Source of the DNA: an uncultured Verrucomicrobiae bacterium
GTDB taxonomy: Bacteria; Verrucomicrobiota; Verrucomicrobiia; Limisphaerales; Palsa-1400
DNA: 64,000 nt
NCBI GenBank assembly: GCA_963702845.1
Contig: OY969763.1
Location: 4,736,001-4,800,000, forward strand
Direction: 5' to 3'
Position numbers and translations under genes: made by a program. The notes under the pieces were generated by a model, which ran no database searches, was not told the DNA's origin, and worked only from the letters and a program-made list of their open reading frames with translations. Shown one piece after another: positions 29,381 through 39,586 of this stretch; position 1 is the stretch's first letter, and every line of letters starts with the position of its first letter.

Positions 29381-31528
29381 ATGCCAAATATGGAGGAGGA
29401 CCACGCCGCTTCGCAGTTGGTTCCAGGATTTTTGGTCGGGGGTGGGCGCTTTGCGTTGGTTCACCAGATCGGCGCAGGTGGGATGGGGACTATTTGGCTC
29501 GCTCAGGACGAACGACTGAACGAACGTGTTGCGCTAAAATTTCTTTCCGCAGCATTTCGCGACGATGCAGCCGCCCTTGCCAATCTTCGCAAGGAGACAC
29601 AAAAAAGCCGGAAGCTCACGCATCCGAATATCATCCGCATCCACGACCTTTACGAAGCGCCGGATGAATTGGCATTCATCTCGATGGAGTTCGTCGATGG
29701 AATAGACCTCGCGCAATTAAAGGCAAAGCAGCCGCACTGTATTTTCACGTGGGAATTCTTGCAGCCGATCGTGAAACAACTCTGTGAGGCGCTCGGCTAT
29801 GCGCACGGCGAAGATGTCATTCACCGTGATCTGAAGCCGGCAAACATGATATTGGACGCGAAGGGGCGACTGAAACTCGCTGACTTTGGCTTGGCGGCGT
29901 TGATATGTGAACCGTATTCGAGCGCGCAACCTAAAGGATCCTGGGCGGGCGGCACAATCAATTACATGAGTCCGCAGCAACTCTACGGGTTCGCTGCTGG
30001 AATTCCGGACGACATCTATGCGCTGGGTGTGATTCTCTACGAATTACTCACCAGCCGAACGCCTTTTTACGTCGGGGACATTGCGGAACAGACGCGAACT
30101 GTTGACGCAATTCCGATTACAGACCGCCTCGAAGAGTTTGAGTTGAAGAATGAAATCCCGCGTGACGTGCGCGCGATGATCATGGCGTGTTTGTCGAAAG
30201 ACCCGGATACACGCCCGCCGTCGGCGCGCGCGGTAGCGGAATGGATTGGACTGACGGCGACAAGTGCGCCGAAAAAGCCAATCGGGGAACCCACTCCCGA
30301 ACCGGCGGTTGCCGAAGAGCCCGTCGAGATTGTGGAAGCGGCTCCTCGCCGTGGAACTCGGCGCGTTGCAGTGGCGATCATTGCGGCGGCAATCGTTGCG
30401 GTCCTGGGCGCGTTCGCCGCGTATAAATTCGGATCAGAAGCATCACAGCATCCAAGCGCCGGCGAGCACAAATCGTATCGAACGATTGACACTTCCTTCA
30501 ATCCGGGGACCGGCGCCAATGTGGAAGTTCGCGCGCTCGCAGTGCAGAAGGATGGCAAGGTCATTGTGGGGGGCAGGTTCACGTTATTTAACGAGGACAG
30601 ACATGTGGGCTTTGCGCGACTAAACCGGGATGGCAGCATCGATCCGAAAAGCGTCGTGCAAACGGATGGCACAGTTTGGTCGCTGGCGTTGCAGCCCGAT
30701 GAGAAGATTTTGCTCGCCGGTGATTTCAGCAATGTAAATGGGGACAAACATGCGACGATCGTCCGTCTCAACCAGGATCTCGCCATCGACAACACGTTCG
30801 ATTGCCAGAGCGGAAAGAAATGTGACATCCGGGCAATTCTGGCCGGGAATGGAAAAATATTCGTGGGCGGACCGCCGATGCAGTTTCACGGTGTGAAGTT
30901 CGATCGCATCGCGCAGTTGGATATGAGTGGCAATCCGCTTGAGGGGATTGCGCATGCGAATGGAAATGTTTGGACGTTTGCCATGCAGACCAATGGGCAA
31001 TTGGTAGTCGGCGGCGAATTCAATCACACGACCGGCGGAAAACGAAATCATCTGTTGCGGTTGACTTCTGACGGTGAGGTCGACAAGGACTTTACGCCAA
31101 ATCCAAATCAACGCGTATTCGCAGTGGCGGTGCAACCAGATCAAAAAATTATCGCAGGCGGTTCCTTCGACCGAATTGCTGGAACGCAGATGCATTGTAT
31201 CGCGCGTCTAGAAGCAGACGGCAACATCGATAAGACCTTCAATCCGGGCTTAGGCGCGGACAGCAGTGTTCAGGCGCTGGCATTGCAGGCGGACGGAAAA
31301 ATCCTGATCGGCGGAACGTTCCACCAAGTTGATGGTGTTTCGCGCGACTGCATCGCGCGGCTGAATCGCGATGGAACCGTCGACCAGAGTTTTGGCCCTG
31401 AAGGTATTTCAGTTGTTGTGCGTGCGCTGGCAGTTGCGCCCGACGGAAGTATTCTGGTCGGGGGTGGATTTACGAACGTAGACGGAGTAGAGCGCCGCAA
31501 CCTCGCGCGGCTAAAAGTGAAACCTTGA
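29381..31528 (+). CDS. Membrane Ser/Thr protein kinase with extracytoplasmic delta-60 repeat (beta-propeller) domain
   Basis: GAGGMG, VALK, HRDLKPAN, DFG, TM helix, then repeated VRALAVQ.DGKI..GG.F...RLN.DG.ID..F units. Confidence 0.88.
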   Translation: MPNMEEDHAASQLVPGFLVGGGRFALVHQIGAGGMGTIWLAQDERLNERVALKFLSAAFRDDAAALANLRKETQKSRKLTHPNIIRIHDLYEAPDELAFISMEFVDGIDLAQLKAKQPHCIFTWEFLQPIVKQLCEALGYAHGEDVIHRDLKPANMILDAKGRLKLADFGLAALICEPYSSAQPKGSWAGGTINYMSPQQLYGFAAGIPDDIYALGVILYELLTSRTPFYVGDIAEQTRTVDAIPITDRLEEFELKNEIPRDVRAMIMACLSKDPDTRPPSARAVAEWIGLTATSAPKKPIGEPTPEPAVAEEPVEIVEAAPRRGTRRVAVAIIAAAIVAVLGAFAAYKFGSEASQHPSAGEHKSYRTIDTSFNPGTGANVEVRALAVQKDGKVIVGGRFTLFNEDRHVGFARLNRDGSIDPKSVVQTDGTVWSLALQPDEKILLAGDFSNVNGDKHATIVRLNQDLAIDNTFDCQSGKKCDIRAILAGNGKIFVGGPPMQFHGVKFDRIAQLDMSGNPLEGIAHANGNVWTFAMQTNGQLVVGGEFNHTTGGKRNHLLRLTSDGEVDKDFTPNPNQRVFAVAVQPDQKIIAGGSFDRIAGTQMHCIARLEADGNIDKTFNPGLGADSSVQALALQADGKILIGGTFHQVDGVSRDCIARLNRDGTVDQSFGPEGISVVVRALAVAPDGSILVGGGFTNVDGVERRNLARLKVKP

Positions 31529-31610
31529 GCCAGATTTCGCGCCGGTTCCCCCACGGGTTTTTGCGGCAATCTCCCCATGGACTTGACCCACTCGGTGAGT
31601 GAAGTTGCTG

Positions 31611-31770
31611 CGGGAACGGAAAAAGGGAAACGGGAAAAAGCAGGGTATCAAAAGGGGACAGAATCAGGGATAGGGATTTAGGGGAAAAGGGAGAATTGCG
31701 CTCTCAGATAGTTGCCGACGGGTCTTGAAAGAGGCTAACTGGGTTTCGGCCAATCTGAGGGCGTTTTTCT
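31611..31770 (+). ncRNA. Candidate small RNA: GGA/GGG-rich tract followed by a multi-branched stem with U-tail
   Basis: Nine GGA motifs in 31611-31693; stem GCGCTCTCAGAT/ATCTGAGGGCGT encloses GAAA- and TTCG-capped hairpins, then a T-run. Confidence 0.45.
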
Positions 31771-31883
31771 GTACTTCTCAAACCGCTTTTTAGCCACCGA
31801 TGCCTGCATCTAAAGCTCACCTGTGTTTCAGGAGTGGCTAAACACGCTTGTTACTGAGGAAATCAGCAGTCTAGAATCGGCGC

Positions 31884-32969
31884 GTGCATACGGTCAAAGT
31901 TGATTTGGGCGCGCGGAGTTATGCGATTGAGATTGGCGGCAAGCTCCTTTCCACGCTCGGCAAACACTGCGCTGATTTTAAACTCGGTGAACGTTGCGCT
32001 GTTATCACCGACCGCCGCGTCGGGCCGATTTATGCAAAAGCCGCCGTGGCCTCGCTCACCAAAGCCGGATTCGAGGTCAGCGTCATTACCGTCGATTCCG
32101 GTGAACAGGCGAAAAGCCTGAAGGTTGTCGGGCAATGTTATGACAAACTCGCCGCGCATCGACTCGAACGGAAATCGTTTATCGTTGCGTTGGGCGGTGG
32201 TGTGGTGGGTGACCTCTCGGGATTTGTCGCAGCGACTTATTTGCGCGGCATTCCGTTTGTGCAGGTGCCGACGACGTTGCTCGCGCAGGTAGATAGTTCC
32301 GTTGGCGGGAAAACCGGCGTAAATCTCAAAGCGGGAAAGAATCTGGTTGGCGCGTTTTATCAACCGCGGGTTGTGCTTTGTGATTTGGATACGCTGCGCA
32401 CGTTGCCTGTGCGCGAGTATCGCGCGGGTTTGGCTGAGGTCATCAAGTACGGAATTATTTACGACGCTGCGCTGTTCGCTCGCATCGAACGTGACCTTCC
32501 AAAACTGTTGAAAAAACATCCGCGCACACTGGCTGAGGTCGTGGCGCGTTGTTGTGAAATTAAGGCGGATGTGGTCGGACAGGACGAGACGGAAAGCGGG
32601 TTACGGGCAATTCTAAATTTTGGACACACGATCGGGCACGCCATAGAAGCAATCTCCGGCTACGGCACATATTTACACGGAGAGGCGATATCGATTGGCC
32701 AGATTGCGGCGGCGAAGATTTCGGCCGAACAATTTGGATTATCAGAAGGCGAAGTGGCGCGAATCACCCAACTCTTCAAGCGCGCCGGGTTGCCGACGAC
32801 GATTAAACTATCCGCAACGCAACGGGCAAAACTCTTTGGTGCGATGAAGGTGGATAAGAAGGTCAGCGCTGGGGAAATCAAGTTCGTGCTGGCCCGCAAA
32901 ATTGGCGCGGTAGAATTTGGGCAGAAGGTAACGGCGGAAACCATCAACCGAGCGATCGACGCGAAATAG
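31884..32969 (+). CDS. aroB: 3-dehydroquinate synthase
   Basis: GGGVVGDLSGF, PTTLLAQVDSSVGGKTG, LNFGHTIGHAIE motifs. Confidence 0.97.
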   Translation: MHTVKVDLGARSYAIEIGGKLLSTLGKHCADFKLGERCAVITDRRVGPIYAKAAVASLTKAGFEVSVITVDSGEQAKSLKVVGQCYDKLAAHRLERKSFIVALGGGVVGDLSGFVAATYLRGIPFVQVPTTLLAQVDSSVGGKTGVNLKAGKNLVGAFYQPRVVLCDLDTLRTLPVREYRAGLAEVIKYGIIYDAALFARIERDLPKLLKKHPRTLAEVVARCCEIKADVVGQDETESGLRAILNFGHTIGHAIEAISGYGTYLHGEAISIGQIAAAKISAEQFGLSEGEVARITQLFKRAGLPTTIKLSATQRAKLFGAMKVDKKVSAGEIKFVLARKIGAVEFGQKVTAETINRAIDAK

Positions 32970-32970
32970 C

Positions 32971-33603
32971 ATGGCTGCCGTGAACCAGGACATCGTGCGT
33001 GAGTATTTCGAGATGCACGGTTTTCTCGTGTGGCAGGATCGCAAATACATCATGCGCGGGAAGACCGAGGATGACGGCATCGATTTTCTGGTTTGGAATC
33101 CGAAGAAGCACGAGCGGGCGGGTGAACTGCCGTTTGTTTTGAAGTCCGAGGACATGGAACGCGTCGAGCGTGCGCTGGTGGTTGTGCGCGGCTGGCATAC
33201 GGAGGTATTCAGTGCGGCGGTTCTGGAAAATTCACCGGAAATATTTCGATTTGTGACACCGGCAGTTTTGAAACAGGCGGTGAAGTCGTTTGGACTGGAT
33301 TCAGAGCCGATGAAGATTTTGGTCGTGCCGTCGTTACCGACCGGTGCGCAGGCGAAAGAGGACAGCATCAAAACGCTTCGTGCAAAAGGGATCGACGCTG
33401 TGATCCCGTTTCGAACCGTTTTGGCCGACTTGATTGCGCGGATCGAGACGAACCGCAATTACGACAAGTCTGACGTGCTGCAGGTCATTCGCGTCTTGAA
33501 GATTCACAAGTTTTTCAAGGAGCCGCAACTGGAACTGTTCCGCACCACGAAAACACCCCGGAAAAAGAAGCAGTCGCCTGAGCCGGAAACCAACTTGGAA
33601 TAA
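32971..33603 (+). CDS. Conserved hypothetical protein, possible PD-(D/E)XK-like fold
   Basis: 210-aa ORF coupled to aroB; IVREYFE..GF.V...IDFLV pattern. Confidence 0.65.
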   Translation: MAAVNQDIVREYFEMHGFLVWQDRKYIMRGKTEDDGIDFLVWNPKKHERAGELPFVLKSEDMERVERALVVVRGWHTEVFSAAVLENSPEIFRFVTPAVLKQAVKSFGLDSEPMKILVVPSLPTGAQAKEDSIKTLRAKGIDAVIPFRTVLADLIARIETNRNYDKSDVLQVIRVLKIHKFFKEPQLELFRTTKTPRKKKQSPEPETNLE

Positions 33604-33633
33604 TTGCGAATTCCATTAAGCTTATCGCCGCGC

Positions 33634-34203
33634 ATGATCCTGGTCATCGACAACTACGATTCGTTTACCTACAACCTCGTCCAGTATTTGGGCGAGATGA
33701 AGGTGGAGTTGCAGGTGCATCGCAATGACGAGATTTCGCTGGAGAAAATTCGTGAGTTGAATCCCGAGCGCATTCTTGTATCACCCGGCCCCTGCTCGCC
33801 GCGTGAATCGGGTTTGTCGAATGATGTCATTCGAACCTTCGGGAAACATATTCCGGTGTTTGGCGTTTGCCTTGGGCATCAATGTATCGGGCACACGTTC
33901 GGCGCGGATGTCGTGGTGAATTACCGAATGATGCATGGCAAGACGTCGTTGATTAAACACAACGGCAAAGATTTATTTAAGGACATGCCGAATCCGTTCG
34001 CGGCGACGCGTTATCACTCACTTGTCATTAAGCGCGATACGGTTCCGGACTGCCTTGAAATCACTGCGGAAACGGAAGAGGGCGAGATCATGGGCGTGAA
34101 ACACAAAGAGCTTCCGATTTGGGGCGTGCAGTTTCATCCGGAAAGTATTCTGACGGAAAGCGGGCGGACGATTATGAAAAACTTTCTGACGCTCCAGGCG
34201 TAG
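33634..34203 (+). CDS. trpG: Anthranilate/aminodeoxychorismate synthase component II (glutamine amidotransferase; TrpG/PabA)
   Basis: [36 protein letters not shown] motifs. Confidence 0.9.
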   Translation: MILVIDNYDSFTYNLVQYLGEMKVELQVHRNDEISLEKIRELNPERILVSPGPCSPRESGLSNDVIRTFGKHIPVFGVCLGHQCIGHTFGADVVVNYRMMHGKTSLIKHNGKDLFKDMPNPFAATRYHSLVIKRDTVPDCLEITAETEEGEIMGVKHKELPIWGVQFHPESILTESGRTIMKNFLTLQA

Positions 34204-34232
34204 CTTTCTGCTCCGTTTTCTTACGTCGGCAG

Positions 34233-36236
34233 CTACTTCGGGTTTTGCTTCTCAAATCGATCGAGTGCGTTTGCGGCGGTGTTGTTCGCATCGACATGAG
34301 CGCGGTGATTGATGTCTACCGCGCGCTGAAATAGATCCACGGCTTCTTGTTTATTTTCTTTCGGCAATAAGGTCGCAATCTGATGGCAGGCCCAATAGGC
34401 GGCGAGGTCGTTGGGATAAAGTGCGAGGACCTTGCGAAATTCGGCTATCGCGTCGGCGCTGAGTCCGCGGCGTTCGTAGGCGAGCGCAAGGTTGTAATGC
34501 GAATCGGAGCGGGTCGGGTCAAACTGAATGGCGAGCCGTAAATGTTTGATGGCATTGTCGAGATCGCCTTTTTGCAGGTAAGCAGCACCCAGGTTGCCCT
34601 CGATCAGTGAATCGTGCGGTTTGTATTTCAGCGCCTGTTCTTCTTCGGCAATGGCTTTATTGAGATCGCCCAACGCCATGTAGGCAACGCCAAGCGAAGT
34701 GTGCGCGGCCGGTAAAGTCGGCATCAGTTTTAAGGTCGCGCTCAAGTGCTCGATGGCTTCTTTGTTTTTCGCTTCGGCTTCGGGGAACTTGTGTTGGGCT
34801 CGGAGCAATTCAGCCTCGCTGTTGAGGACGGAGCCCATGCCGTTGTGAACGAACCAATTGTTTCTAGTGACGGTCAGCGTGTGACGATACAAGGTTTCGC
34901 TGTCATGCCAGTAGCTAACTTGTTGGCAGGCCGGTGGAATGAGCGCGGCAGTCACTCCAGCAGTGGCGAGCGCCAACGCCGGCTGGGCTATCTTGCGGAA
35001 GAATAGCGAAAACAAATCCGCGAGACCAAAGGCGACAATGATACAGATGCCGATCGACGGAATGTAGGTGTAGCGATCCGCGCGGGCTTGAGCGCCGACC
35101 TGAAGCAATCCAATAACTGGAATCAGAGTGATGACATACCAGCACCAACCGACGATGAAGTAGGGACGCGAACGGGCGAGACGGATGGCAATATAAGTAA
35201 TCGTGATGAGCAGTAAGGAACTTCCGATGACTTGCCATGCGTTCCAATGCACGCCTTCGTGCGGATAGTAGTGCGCGAGGTTTCGCGGGCAGAGCAGGTC
35301 GACGATGTAAACGATGTAGGTGACGATCGCGTTGCTGATGCGAACCAGCGGCGGGACACGTCCGGCGGTGGCAATGGCACCACCTTCCTTTTGCGAGATA
35401 ATCAGAAGAATTCCGGCGAGCAGCGCCATTGCGAAAAGCGGGAGTTTTTCGAGCACCAATCGGTTGAGTCCAGCGCCAAGGCGGTTCAATGGCCAATAAT
35501 CCATGAGCAGAAGCAGGAGCGGAACCGTCACAAGCATCTGTTTGGACATCAGGCCGAGCGCGAATGCGATGAGCATCAAAATGTATTTTATCGATGACGA
35601 GCTTTGCGCAAAACCGACATAGGCCCACAACGTCAGCATCATGAAGAATGCGCTGAGGACGTCCTTGCGTTCAGCAACCCACGCAATCGATTCTGCATGC
35701 AATGGGTGAATTGCGAAAACAACCGCGACTAAAATGCTGGGCCAGAGTTTGGCGGTCAGGCGATTGAGAAGACCGAACAGGAGCAGCACACTGGCGACGT
35801 GAAAGAGGACGTTGGTGAAATGGTGACCGCCGGTGCCTTTCAATTGGCCGGGAAGCATGCCCCAGAACTGGCAATCGAACATGTGCGTGAGCCAGGTGAC
35901 GGGGTGCCAGTTGGCGGCGTTGCCCAAATGAAATGCCCACCGAAAATTTTCCCAGGTCAAACCGCCGCGAACGTGGTTGTTGTTGATGATGTAATCCGGG
36001 TCATCAACGTTGGTCAGTTCGAAATGAGTCGTTTGCCAATAAACAGCGAGAGTGACAGCCGCGAGCGCGAGGCACACGACAAGAATAGCCCAAGCGGGTG
36101 TCTGTGAGGCCGGCTGCACATACGTGACCGGCCGCGATCTGCGATTGGCTCCCTCGCGCCTCGGTCGGATGCGCCCGATTAATGCTGACTCGCTTGCCCA
36201 TTGCGATGTTATCGCTGGAATGGGCGGCGAGTTCAA
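34233..36236 (-). CDS. TMTC-like membrane glycosyltransferase with C-terminal TPR repeats
   Basis: DDPDYI, NWHPVTWL, HPLHAESIAWVAERKDVL, ADRYTYIP motifs; TPR tail. Confidence 0.85.
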   Translation of the reverse strand: MNSPPIPAITSQWASESALIGRIRPRREGANRRSRPVTYVQPASQTPAWAILVVCLALAAVTLAVYWQTTHFELTNVDDPDYIINNNHVRGGLTWENFRWAFHLGNAANWHPVTWLTHMFDCQFWGMLPGQLKGTGGHHFTNVLFHVASVLLLFGLLNRLTAKLWPSILVAVVFAIHPLHAESIAWVAERKDVLSAFFMMLTLWAYVGFAQSSSSIKYILMLIAFALGLMSKQMLVTVPLLLLLMDYWPLNRLGAGLNRLVLEKLPLFAMALLAGILLIISQKEGGAIATAGRVPPLVRISNAIVTYIVYIVDLLCPRNLAHYYPHEGVHWNAWQVIGSSLLLITITYIAIRLARSRPYFIVGWCWYVITLIPVIGLLQVGAQARADRYTYIPSIGICIIVAFGLADLFSLFFRKIAQPALALATAGVTAALIPPACQQVSYWHDSETLYRHTLTVTRNNWFVHNGMGSVLNSEAELLRAQHKFPEAEAKNKEAIEHLSATLKLMPTLPAAHTSLGVAYMALGDLNKAIAEEEQALKYKPHDSLIEGNLGAAYLQKGDLDNAIKHLRLAIQFDPTRSDSHYNLALAYERRGLSADAIAEFRKVLALYPNDLAAYWACHQIATLLPKENKQEAVDLFQRAVDINHRAHVDANNTAANALDRFEKQNPK

Positions 36237-36257
36237 GAATGCGATGACGGCGATTGG

Positions 36258-36591
36258 CTAGGCTTCTGCCGTTACGTGCCGCGCCTGGAATAGCTGCGTC
36301 ACCTTTGCGCGCGGTCGTGAAAAACGGCGGACGAACCTTTTCAATTTCGTCGCGGATTTTTTGGAATCGTTGTTGCGATTCGGTGGCGCGTTCAAGTTGG
36401 CGTTTCCATTGCTCCATTTTGGTGCGCGCGGTTTGCATGGGCACCTGACGGGCTGCCGCAATTAACCGTTTGAACTTTTCGCGCTCGAAGCCGGCACGTT
36501 CTATTCCGTATACGATAGGGTCGGTGCAATCTCCGTGGAACTTTTCGCTCTCAATTTCGATCCGAATTTTCTCAAACTCTTTGCGTGTCAT
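36258..36591 (-). CDS. Small hypothetical coiled-coil protein, probably frameshifted near 36330
   Basis: MTRKEFEKIR...RDEIEKVR continues in another frame as RRFSRPRAKVTQLFQARHVTAEA-stop if one extra base is removed. Confidence 0.35.
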
Positions 36592-36686
36592 AGTAGTAAT
36601 TCTCCCGCGGTTGGACTCGGCTAAAACCGTGGATGGAGTATGTACGCGACGCATCCCGAATCTGACTATGGGCAAAACTTGTGAAC

Positions 36687-38090
36687 CTATTGTGACAGAA
36701 ACCCTGTAGCCGTATTTTGCCATGCCTCGTTCGGCTCCATCATTTGCGCACCGGTAGCACGACGCCACATGTCGAGCTCGCCTTCCAGTTCGAGCGCTTT
36801 TTGAGGCATTGCCTCGGTGAGATTATGTTCTTCGCCGATGTCGTCTTTTAGATTGTAGAGTTCAAGACTGCCGTCTTCATAATTTTCGATCAGCTTGAAA
36901 TCGCCCATGCGAATTGCGCCACCGGGTTTGCCGCCCTGATTACTGTAGTGCGGATAATGCCAGAAGAGCGCATCGCGTTGAATGGCGCCGGTGTGTTTGA
37001 GAAGAGGAACGATGTTTACCCCGTCGACATTTGGATCAATGTCACCCGGAATGTGAGCGATGTCTTTAAACGTCGGAAAGAAATCGACGCTGCAAACCGG
37101 TGTATCACAAACGCTGCCCGCCTTAATCACGCGCGGCCACACGACGATGAGTGGTTCGCGAATGCCGCCTTCATGCAGATAACCTTTACCCTCGCGAAAG
37201 GGCGCGTTGGAAGTTGCGGGCGTGTGTTGACCTTCGTGCACACTCAACCCACCGTTGTCAGAGAAGAAGATCACGATGGTGTTGTTCTCAAGCTTCAGCG
37301 ATTTCAACGTATTGATCAGGTGACCGACGCAGTTGTCCATGCTTTCGATCATGCCGGCGTAGATGGCATTTGTGTGCACGCGGCCGGGAGGTAGGGCTTT
37401 GTATTTTTCGACCAGTTCGTGGCGAACATTGAGCGGAATGTGGACGCTGTTATATGCGACGTATGCGAAGAATGGTTTCGATTTGTTTGCACGAATGAAA
37501 TCTGTTGCGGCGGTCGTGATCTCGTATTCGCCTTTGCCGGGATCTTTGGAATCGGGATCGCCGCCGCTTTTATCGCCGGCGAAGTAAATATCAAAGCCCT
37601 GTTGTTGCGGCAAAAATCCAGGGCCACCGAGATGCCATTTCCCAAACGCGCCAGTCGCGTATCCTGCTTTCTTGAGCATCTCAGCGACGGTGACTTCTTC
37701 CAAAGCCAGATGCTGAAAAATCGTGGGTTGCTTCAGCATCTGGTCCGGGCGGTCGCTTCGGCCAGGCAGATAAGTGGTTAGATGCAGGCGCGCGGGATAT
37801 TTGCCGGTCATGATGCTGGCGCGAGTCGGCGAGCAAACGGAACAGGCTGCATAGGCCTGGGTGAATTTCATGCCACGCGCGGCGAGAATGTCGATGTTCG
37901 GCGACTTATAGAAATCGCTGCCATAACAACTGAGATCGCGCGCGCCGAGGTCGTCGGCGAGAATGAAAACGATGTTTGGTGGCTGGGCAGCGGTGGAGGA
38001 GAAAGCTCCAAGCACCAATATCCAAGCTCCAGAGAATATGGAAGCTCCAAGTTTCAGGAGCAGTGGGCAGTTAGTTTTTTTAGCGGACAT
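36687..38090 (-). CDS. Sulfatase (formylglycine-dependent)
   Basis: PNIVFILADDLG, CSPTRASIMTGKYP, GKWHLG, SDNGG, EGGIREP motifs. Confidence 0.95.
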   Translation of the reverse strand: MSAKKTNCPLLLKLGASIFSGAWILVLGAFSSTAAQPPNIVFILADDLGARDLSCYGSDFYKSPNIDILAARGMKFTQAYAACSVCSPTRASIMTGKYPARLHLTTYLPGRSDRPDQMLKQPTIFQHLALEEVTVAEMLKKAGYATGAFGKWHLGGPGFLPQQQGFDIYFAGDKSGGDPDSKDPGKGEYEITTAATDFIRANKSKPFFAYVAYNSVHIPLNVRHELVEKYKALPPGRVHTNAIYAGMIESMDNCVGHLINTLKSLKLENNTIVIFFSDNGGLSVHEGQHTPATSNAPFREGKGYLHEGGIREPLIVVWPRVIKAGSVCDTPVCSVDFFPTFKDIAHIPGDIDPNVDGVNIVPLLKHTGAIQRDALFWHYPHYSNQGGKPGGAIRMGDFKLIENYEDGSLELYNLKDDIGEEHNLTEAMPQKALELEGELDMWRRATGAQMMEPNEAWQNTATGFLSQ

Positions 38091-39528
38091 AATCTTTGAT
38101 TCCGACAGTGGGTTTTTCGGGCGCGAACTTGCGCTCGGGTGTATGCGCTTCCGCGAGAATTTTTTTCATTTTGTTCATGATTTCGGGATGCGCGTCAGCG
38201 ATGTCGTGTTGTTCGGTGGGATCGGTTTTCAAGTTGTATAATTCAAGCTTCGCATTGTCGGCGGGTTTCGTTTTGACCAACTTCCAATCAGCCATGCGCA
38301 CGGCACCGGTCCGATGGTCGCCTTTGACGGTTGGCATCTCGAAATAAAGATACTCGTGTTCCTTTTGCTTTTTGCCGAGCAACGTTGGTACAAAAGAAAT
38401 GCCATCAACATCGGCCGGCGGTTTGATGCCAGCGAGATCGGCGGCCGTGGGGAGAAAATCGTAGAACGCGCAAAGGCGATCGGAGACGGAACCGGGTTTT
38501 ATTTTGCCAGGCCAGCGCGCAATCAGAGGGACGCGAATGCCGCCTTCATAGAAATCGGATTTGTAACCACGCAGGCCACCAGCGCCGTTGAAGAAATCAG
38601 CGACGCGTTGCCAATGGCCGGCTTGTGGGCCGTTGTCGCCGCTGAAAAAAACAATCGTGTTGTCGTCAATGTTGAGGTCCTTCAGTAGTGCCATGATTTC
38701 GCCGACACTGCCATCAAGGCGATCAACCATCGCGGCGAAGGTCGCGTAAGGTTCTTCAGCACCGAGATAACCAGCCCGGTTGTCCGGCAGGGGTGTCTCG
38801 GGCGCAAATTTGCCGCGATATTTCTTGAGCGAATCTTCGGGCACGGTCAGCTCGACGTGCGGCACCGTGTAGGGAACGTAGCAGAAGAATTTTTTGTCTT
38901 TGTTGCGCCGGATGAAATCGAGGGCGTGCTTTTGGAGTTCGTCGTGCGAATAACGCGCGTGCTTGCCGCCTTCGTTTTCGGGGAAAAACACTTTGGTATC
39001 AGTGCCCCACATCCAATAGGGATAATAAAAGTGTGCGTGGACCTGATGGAGGTAACCGAAGAATTCGTCGAAGCCTTGTTTCCACGGAGCGCCCGACGTG
39101 GTTTCAACGCCCAGGCCCCACTTGCCGAACATGCCGTTAACGTAACCGCCTTGTTTGAGAACTTCCGCGACGGTGACGTCTTTGTCGGAAAGAAATTTGC
39201 CACCACCGTTATTGCGAACGGGCGTGTGGCCGGTGTGAAGGCCGGTCATTAAGGTGGAACGAGAGGGTGCACACACCGTCGATCCAGCGTAGGCCTGTGT
39301 AAATTTTATGCCTTCGGCGGCGAGGCGATCGATGTTCGGTGTCTGGTACTTCTTTTCTCCGTAACAACTAAGCTGACCGTACCCAAGATCATCAGCGAGA
39401 ATGAAAATGATATTCGGCGTATTAGCCGCGCGCGAGCTCACCGGCATCAACGCGGCCGAAATAAGGAAAAGTCCAAGGATTAGCGTTCCAGAGAAGCGCG
39501 GTGCAGAGAGGAAGCGTTTGTGATTCAC
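38080..39528 (-). CDS. Arylsulfatase
   Basis: PNIIFILADDLGYG, CAPSRSTLMTGLH, GKWGLG, GDNGP, YEGGIRVP motifs; start approximate. Confidence 0.93.
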   Translation of the reverse strand: MNHKRFLSAPRFSGTLILGLFLISAALMPVSSRAANTPNIIFILADDLGYGQLSCYGEKKYQTPNIDRLAAEGIKFTQAYAGSTVCAPSRSTLMTGLHTGHTPVRNNGGGKFLSDKDVTVAEVLKQGGYVNGMFGKWGLGVETTSGAPWKQGFDEFFGYLHQVHAHFYYPYWMWGTDTKVFFPENEGGKHARYSHDELQKHALDFIRRNKDKKFFCYVPYTVPHVELTVPEDSLKKYRGKFAPETPLPDNRAGYLGAEEPYATFAAMVDRLDGSVGEIMALLKDLNIDDNTIVFFSGDNGPQAGHWQRVADFFNGAGGLRGYKSDFYEGGIRVPLIARWPGKIKPGSVSDRLCAFYDFLPTAADLAGIKPPADVDGISFVPTLLGKKQKEHEYLYFEMPTVKGDHRTGAVRMADWKLVKTKPADNAKLELYNLKTDPTEQHDIADAHPEIMNKMKKILAEAHTPERKFAPEKPTVGIKDYVR

Positions 39529-39586
39529 AACTGCCGATTGTGGCAGGAAAAACTTTCCTGTCAAAATCTCTACCAAAGCAGCCGGC

